A stretch of DNA of 38,777 nt from contig JBJOON010000002.1 of NCBI GenBank assembly GCA_046051235.1, positions 1 to 38,777 of the forward strand, written 5' to 3'. A program made the position numbers and the translations under genes. Of the stretch, positions 34,583 through 38,777 are shown in pieces (positions within the stretch are counted from its first letter, which is position 1; every line of letters begins with the position of its first letter). Source of the stretch: Bacteroidota bacterium (GTDB lineage: Bacteria > Bacteroidota > Bacteroidia > Flavobacteriales_D > Sanyastnellaceae). The notes under the pieces were generated by a model. That model saw only the letters and a program-made list of their open reading frames with translations. It ran no database searches and was not told the DNA's origin.

Positions 34583-35470
34583 TTAGTTCGTTTTAAATTT
34601 TTTCTCAGACTCTTTCTTCAATCGAAGAAACTCCTCCTCTCTTCCCAACGCACGATTCACAAACATGAGCACTTTGTAATTCGTTGGTGAAGGGGTGCAT
34701 GACGCAAATGCTTGACTCGCATATGGAATAGCCGATTTGAATTTCTTTACACTTTCATCTTGAATGGAAATTAAATCCATCATATCTGTTTGCGCACCAA
34801 TCTTGCGAATCATGTATACCCCTTGATTGTAGTTCACAATAGCCAGATTCAAATTTGCAGTACAATTGCGATTGTCCAACCCGAGCACTTTCGAATAGTA
34901 ATCCAAGCACAATGCATAATGGTGATTGTCTTCGGTATTCTTTATCCAATTTCTATAATGACCTTCGGCCATCTTGCTATTGAACTCTACTTTCAAGTCT
35001 TTCAATTCAGCTTCTGAACCTTTGTAGAGTTCTTCAAATTTCTTGTAAAGATCAATGGGCTCATTCTCCGACTCGCTGTCCATTTCGGCAGAGCGAAGCA
35101 AGGCGTCGTTGAAATAAGTAAACGCAATAAATTGCAAAGCAGCATCAATGTTCGCAGCGAACTCCAAATTTGCATCGAACTCGCGTGCTTTTTTCAAAGC
35201 AGCTACGCTTCGGTATCTGTAATTACTCTGACGTTGATTGGCTTCCTTTTGCTTGTATAGTTCCTTTAAAATAAAGCCTTTCACATACCACGCATTCGGA
35301 TCGGAATTCAAATCGTTCGATTTAAATCCTTCATCTATCTGAGCCAAGGCCTCGTCGTATTTCTTTTCTGCGCACAATTCAGCAGCTTTAGCAACTTGCG
35401 CATTCACCTGCGCGAAGCCCATATTGGCGATACCCAACAAAATGAAAAGGAGAAAAAATGCGTGCTTCAT
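34583..35470 (-). CDS. Secreted all-helical (TPR-like) protein of unknown function
   Basis: It has the signal peptide MKHAFFLLFILLGIANMGFAQ (ATG at 35470; the longer ORF to 35539 overlaps the upstream gene) and a helical repeat composition. The gene is flanked by 0-1 nt junctions. Confidence 0.5.
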   Translation of the reverse strand: MKHAFFLLFILLGIANMGFAQVNAQVAKAAELCAEKKYDEALAQIDEGFKSNDLNSDPNAWYVKGFILKELYKQKEANQRQSNYRYRSVAALKKAREFDANLEFAANIDAALQFIAFTYFNDALLRSAEMDSESENEPIDLYKKFEELYKGSEAELKDLKVEFNSKMAEGHYRNWIKNTEDNHHYALCLDYYSKVLGLDNRNCTANLNLAIVNYNQGVYMIRKIGAQTDMMDLISIQDESVKKFKSAIPYASQAFASCTPSPTNYKVLMFVNRALGREEEFLRLKKESEKKFKTN

Positions 35471-35471
35471 A

Positions 35472-35990
35472 TTATTGAACTTTCCATTGTAAAATTTTAT
35501 TCCCCGGCGTAATCTTCTTTTCTGAAAGTGCAGCTTCACTCAATTCATAACGAATAGAATTGTCTACTGTCTTAAAATTAATTGCAGCACCACTGCCTAA
35601 AGCACCTTCCCAATTCGTGACTACCAATGTGCTTTTTCCTTTAACCTCTTTCATGATCTTAGCGAGATCTGCCTTTTTCGATTTGTCTACAAAAACAATG
35701 TGACTGCCCAACCCTGGTTTGTAGTCGGCCCAGGATTGAACTTCGATGGTTTGAGCGCCCACAGGCTTCATTCCATATTTCTCAAATACATGTTTGAAAA
35801 CGGCATCATTTCCATAAACCACAATAAGAAATTTACCCTTCTTCATTTCAATAGGCCAATTGCTATTGACTGCGAACTGATAAATAAAATTCGCCTGAAT
35901 CATGGCGCGTGAATCACCTTCATCTATTTGCTGAGCAAATAGTCCGTGGCTTGAACCCAACACAAAGAAGAGTAATAAGATTCGTTTCAT
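35472..35990 (-). CDS. YfiR-family (DUF4154) periplasmic protein
   Basis: After the signal peptide come IQANFIYQFAVNSNWP...FLIVVYGND...SHIVFVDKS...TLVVTNWEGALGSGAAINF...IRYELSEAAL. This follows the YfiR pattern (KAAFLYNFAKFVEWP...ICVLG...ILFI...LTVSD...GG.I.F...F.IN). Confidence 0.7.
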   Translation of the reverse strand: MKRILLLFFVLGSSHGLFAQQIDEGDSRAMIQANFIYQFAVNSNWPIEMKKGKFLIVVYGNDAVFKHVFEKYGMKPVGAQTIEVQSWADYKPGLGSHIVFVDKSKKADLAKIMKEVKGKSTLVVTNWEGALGSGAAINFKTVDNSIRYELSEAALSEKKITPGNKILQWKVQ

Positions 35991-36017
35991 TTTTGTTTGG
36001 GCTATTCAGGCGCATAA

Positions 36018-36025
36018 CAAATCTA
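36018..36025 (-). promoter_or_regulatory. Candidate -7 box (TAGATTTG) for the yfiR-like operon
   Basis: The reverse complement of caaatcta matches TAnnTTTG. It lies 27 nt upstream of the ATG at 35990. Confidence 0.4.
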
Positions 36026-36081
36026 TTTGAACTAGTGAAACAAAACGTGTTCAAATACAGAAGGTTCTTCACCTTGAATTG

Positions 36082-37119
36082 TTAGAATCGAGCAGCACTA
36101 ACTTCCTTTGGAATGTAAGTCCCTTCCACTAAAACAGACGCAAACAATTTCGAAAAATAGGGCGCTAGAAGTACACCCTTCGAACCCAATCCACCAAAAA
36201 CACCAAGCAAGTCATTATCCTTTGAAAAACCAACAATCGGCCGTCTGTCGCGGGTTGTAGGACGAAAACCTGTTTTCTGATTTTCAACAACAATGTCTTG
36301 TTCGATTCTTTGTTTCAATTCTGAAAGAAGGAACTCCTTGGCCTCTTCCGTTGGTTCATCGGGAACCTCATTCCAATTGTAGGTTGCTCCCAAACGGAAT
36401 TTGTTGCCTCCGTATGGAAGTAAAAATTGGCCGAAGTTGACAATTGCATCGATCTCCAAATTTTCGATCTTTAAATCCAACACCTGACCATGATTGGGTA
36501 TTAGGTCAAGGTGCTCCAATCCCTGCCATTGATTCACACCAATTCCATTGCAAAGAATAAGTTTATCGAAGGTTCTTCCCTTCCAGATAACGCTTCGCTC
36601 GAGGTATTCAACTTCATTTTCGTTCACAGCATCTTCAATGAAATTTCCATGCTGAATGAAATAATTTCTTGCAGCTTCTCGAAACAAGGGAACATTCAGC
36701 CAACCACATTCATTGACCTCGCTATTTCCAAATGGAGAATTGAAATTCTCTTGTATGCTTTTGTTTGAGCGGGCGGAAAGGTATCGGCCAACATCAGGAT
36801 GATCCGATTTTTCGTCCCAAAAATTCGCATCTTGAATGGAATTAAAAATTCTCGCAACTGGAAGAGCGTGAAAAAACTTCGTTTGAAGTTGATCTTCCAA
36901 CTTTCGAAAAGTCAGATTCATCTCTTCAAGCATTTCTTTCGCTAACCAAGACGCGGCGAGTCTTTTGAAGGTAACCGGATTCCACATTCCTGCGGCTACT
37001 TGTGAGGCAGAAGCGTGTTTATAATCGTCGACAATTAGAACTTCTTCTCCTTTTTCAAGAAGAGAAAAGGCTAGCAGTGATCCTGCTAGCCCTTGTCCTA
37101 CGATTAAATATTTCGACAT
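36082..37119 (-). CDS. FAD-dependent oxidoreductase (DAO / D-amino-acid-oxidase superfamily)
   Basis: It has an N-terminal YLIVGQGLAGSLLA dinucleotide-binding motif (GxGxxG) and is 345 aa. It starts 2 nt after the kbl stop. Confidence 0.8.
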   Translation of the reverse strand: MSKYLIVGQGLAGSLLAFSLLEKGEEVLIVDDYKHASASQVAAGMWNPVTFKRLAASWLAKEMLEEMNLTFRKLEDQLQTKFFHALPVARIFNSIQDANFWDEKSDHPDVGRYLSARSNKSIQENFNSPFGNSEVNECGWLNVPLFREAARNYFIQHGNFIEDAVNENEVEYLERSVIWKGRTFDKLILCNGIGVNQWQGLEHLDLIPNHGQVLDLKIENLEIDAIVNFGQFLLPYGGNKFRLGATYNWNEVPDEPTEEAKEFLLSELKQRIEQDIVVENQKTGFRPTTRDRRPIVGFSKDNDLLGVFGGLGSKGVLLAPYFSKLFASVLVEGTYIPKEVSAARF

Positions 37120-37121
37120 AA

Positions 37122-38312
37122 TTATTGAATCACGTTTAGCGCTTTACCCACTTTGGTAAATGCCTCAACTGCCTTATCAATGTGCTCGAATTCATGTCCT
37201 GCGCTTAGCTGAACGCGAATACGCGCCTGACCTTTCGCAACAACTGGATAGAAAAATCCAATCACATAAATTCCTTCTTCCAACAACGCATCGGCGAAGT
37301 CTTGCGCCAATTTCGCGTCGTACAACATAACTGGTACAATTGCGCTATCGCCGTCTTTGATGTCGAATCCAGCAGCTTTAATTCCAGTTTTAAAACGATT
37401 GATGTTTGCTTCAAGCTTATCGCGTAGGTCTGAAGATGCGCTGAGCATATCCATAACTGCGATTGAAGCTCCAACAATTGAAGGTGCTAAAGAGTTCGAG
37501 AACAAATAAGGTCTTGAGCGTTGACGAAGCAATTCGATAATCTCTTTTCTTCCGCTGGTGAAACCACCCATTGCACCTCCCAATGCCTTACCTAGAGTAC
37601 CCGTAATAATATCTACGCGACCCAAAACGTTTTTCAATTCTATTGTTCCTCTTCCAGATTTTCCGATGAATCCGGTAGCGTGACATTCGTCTACCATAAC
37701 CATTGCACCGTATTGATCTGCTAAATCACAAATCTTATCGAGTTGAGCAACATAGCCATCCATTGAGAAAACTCCATCTGTAACAATCAACTTGAACCGC
37801 GCGCCTGAAGCGGCTTTCAACTGCTCTTCCAAATCAGCCATGTCGTTATTCTTGTAACGGTAACGTTGCGCCTTACACAAACGTACTCCGTCGATAATGG
37901 AAGCGTGATTCAATTCATCTGAAATAATTGCGTCTTGTTCATTCAACAACGGCTCGAACACTCCTCCGTTTGCATCAAATGCTGCAGCGTAAAGAATGGT
38001 ATCTTCAGTGTGAAGGAAGTCTGAAAGTTTTTGTTCAAGCGTTTTGTGAATGTCTTGTGTTCCGCAAATGAAACGAACACTTGACATGCCGAATCCGTGA
38101 GAATCAATTGCGGCTTTCGCTGCTTCAAGAACAACAGGATGGCTGGAAAGTCCCAAGTAATTGTTCGCGCAGAAATTCAACACTTCTTTTCCTTCAGTCG
38201 TTTTAATAACGGCTGCTTGAGGGGTTGTAATGATACGCTCTCTTTTAAACAGTCCGGCTTCGCGAATACTGTTCAATTCATTTTGCAAATGTTCCTGCAT
38301 TTTTCCGTACAT
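37122..38312 (-). CDS. kbl: Glycine C-acetyltransferase (2-amino-3-ketobutyrate CoA ligase)
   Basis: It is collinear with E. coli Kbl over its full length as I recall that sequence, and highly similar by eye: [64 protein letters not shown] with the PLP lysine, [25 protein letters not shown]. Confidence 0.93.
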   Translation of the reverse strand: MYGKMQEHLQNELNSIREAGLFKRERIITTPQAAVIKTTEGKEVLNFCANNYLGLSSHPVVLEAAKAAIDSHGFGMSSVRFICGTQDIHKTLEQKLSDFLHTEDTILYAAAFDANGGVFEPLLNEQDAIISDELNHASIIDGVRLCKAQRYRYKNNDMADLEEQLKAASGARFKLIVTDGVFSMDGYVAQLDKICDLADQYGAMVMVDECHATGFIGKSGRGTIELKNVLGRVDIITGTLGKALGGAMGGFTSGRKEIIELLRQRSRPYLFSNSLAPSIVGASIAVMDMLSASSDLRDKLEANINRFKTGIKAAGFDIKDGDSAIVPVMLYDAKLAQDFADALLEEGIYVIGFFYPVVAKGQARIRVQLSAGHEFEHIDKAVEAFTKVGKALNVIQ

Positions 38313-38323
38313 ACGTTTCAGTT

Positions 38324-38777
38324 TTAAGTTGTCAATATTACTTTGGCCGCAGCTTCCGCTGCAGCTTGTTCAGCTGCTTTTTTAGATCCTCCGGTTCCTC
38401 TTCCCACTTCCTTTCCGTCTAACTCCAACGCTATGGTGTAAAGCATTTGAGCGCCCATGTTGCGTTGTTCACGAACATGATAGACCAAGTGTCTTCGCGT
38501 CTTTTGTCCCCATTCGTGCAGTTTACTTTTGTAATCTACGTCTAAATGCACACGCTCATCGAGCCCATGCTCTTTCAATAATTTCAAAGCAATCTCGCGC
38601 GTAACTTTATATCCTTTATCGAGAAACAGCGCGCCAAATAAGGCTTCCAGCGCATTTCCAATTAAACTCTCATGAATTTCTTGTCTTCCAATACTGACTT
38701 GAAGAAATTCATACAACTTCAGTTCGTAACCAATGGCGTTCAAATTGTCTCTGCGGACAATCTTCGATTTCATTTTA
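38324..38777 (-). CDS. rnc: Ribonuclease III, C-terminal part (5' end outside the window)
   Basis: It carries [17 protein letters not shown] from the catalytic domain, and a dsRBD ([10 protein letters not shown]...[15 protein letters not shown]). The frame stays open to the window edge. Confidence 0.88.
   Translation of the reverse strand, partial: KMKSKIVRRDNLNAIGYELKLYEFLQVSIGRQEIHESLIGNALEALFGALFLDKGYKVTREIALKLLKEHGLDERVHLDVDYKSKLHEWGQKTRRHLVYHVREQRNMGAQMLYTIALELDGKEVGRGTGGSKKAAEQAAAEAAAKVILTT

Noticed and set aside
37122-38312. That the alpha-oxoamine synthase might be a serine palmitoyltransferase or cysteate-acyl transferase (sphingolipid/sulfonolipid synthesis), as is often mis-annotated in Bacteroidota.
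   Set aside because: The protein is collinear with E. coli Kbl across its whole length, with very high similarity by eye. That is far closer than SPT or sulfonolipid synthases would be, so it is genuine Kbl.
1-38777. A search for CRISPR arrays, tRNA/rRNA genes, IS elements, integrases, toxin-antitoxin pairs or a compositionally distinct island.
   Set aside because: I saw no direct-repeat/spacer arrays, no cloverleaf-like conserved tRNA sequences in the short intergenic regions, no transposase or recombinase motifs in any ORF, and no obvious compositional break. Base composition was judged only by eye.

Overview
A 38.8 kb chromosomal segment that looks like Bacteroidota. The evidence is T9SS cargo with type-A and type-B C-terminal sorting domains, a PorP/SprF gene, TAnnTTTG-type -7 boxes, and the gene order CBS-nadK-DUF6089-uppS-bamA-ompH-ompH-murI. 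The many PKD/CHU_C proteins suggest a Flavobacteriales (Cryomorphaceae/Crocinitomicaceae-like) source, but that is only an inference. I call 33 protein-coding genes, two of them truncated at the window edges. I found no rRNA, tRNA, CRISPR array, IS element or integrase. About half the window is housekeeping: murB, purH, murI, bamA operon, pdxJ, kbl, rnc, pepP, yebC. The accessory content I consider most worth following up: (1) a translationally coupled four-gene operon, MbnP-like lipoprotein / MbnH-like di-haem enzyme / second di-haem peroxidase lipoprotein / cytoplasmic YkgJ Cys-cluster protein (8208-11585); (2) a T9SS-secreted protein with an unmistakable lysyl-oxidase (LOX) catalytic domain plus a dockerin-like module (16015-18063); (3) a three-gene operon encoding a YfiR-like periplasmic protein, a helical periplasmic protein and a membrane sensor whose output is a SpoIIE/PP2C phosphatase (33107-35990); (4) a 1845-aa adhesin with about 20 PKD repeats, coupled by an ATGA overlap to its PorP/SprF partner; (5) two divergent front-end-type (QxxHH) fatty-acid desaturase paralogues. 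All family assignments come from motif recognition by eye. No database search was run.
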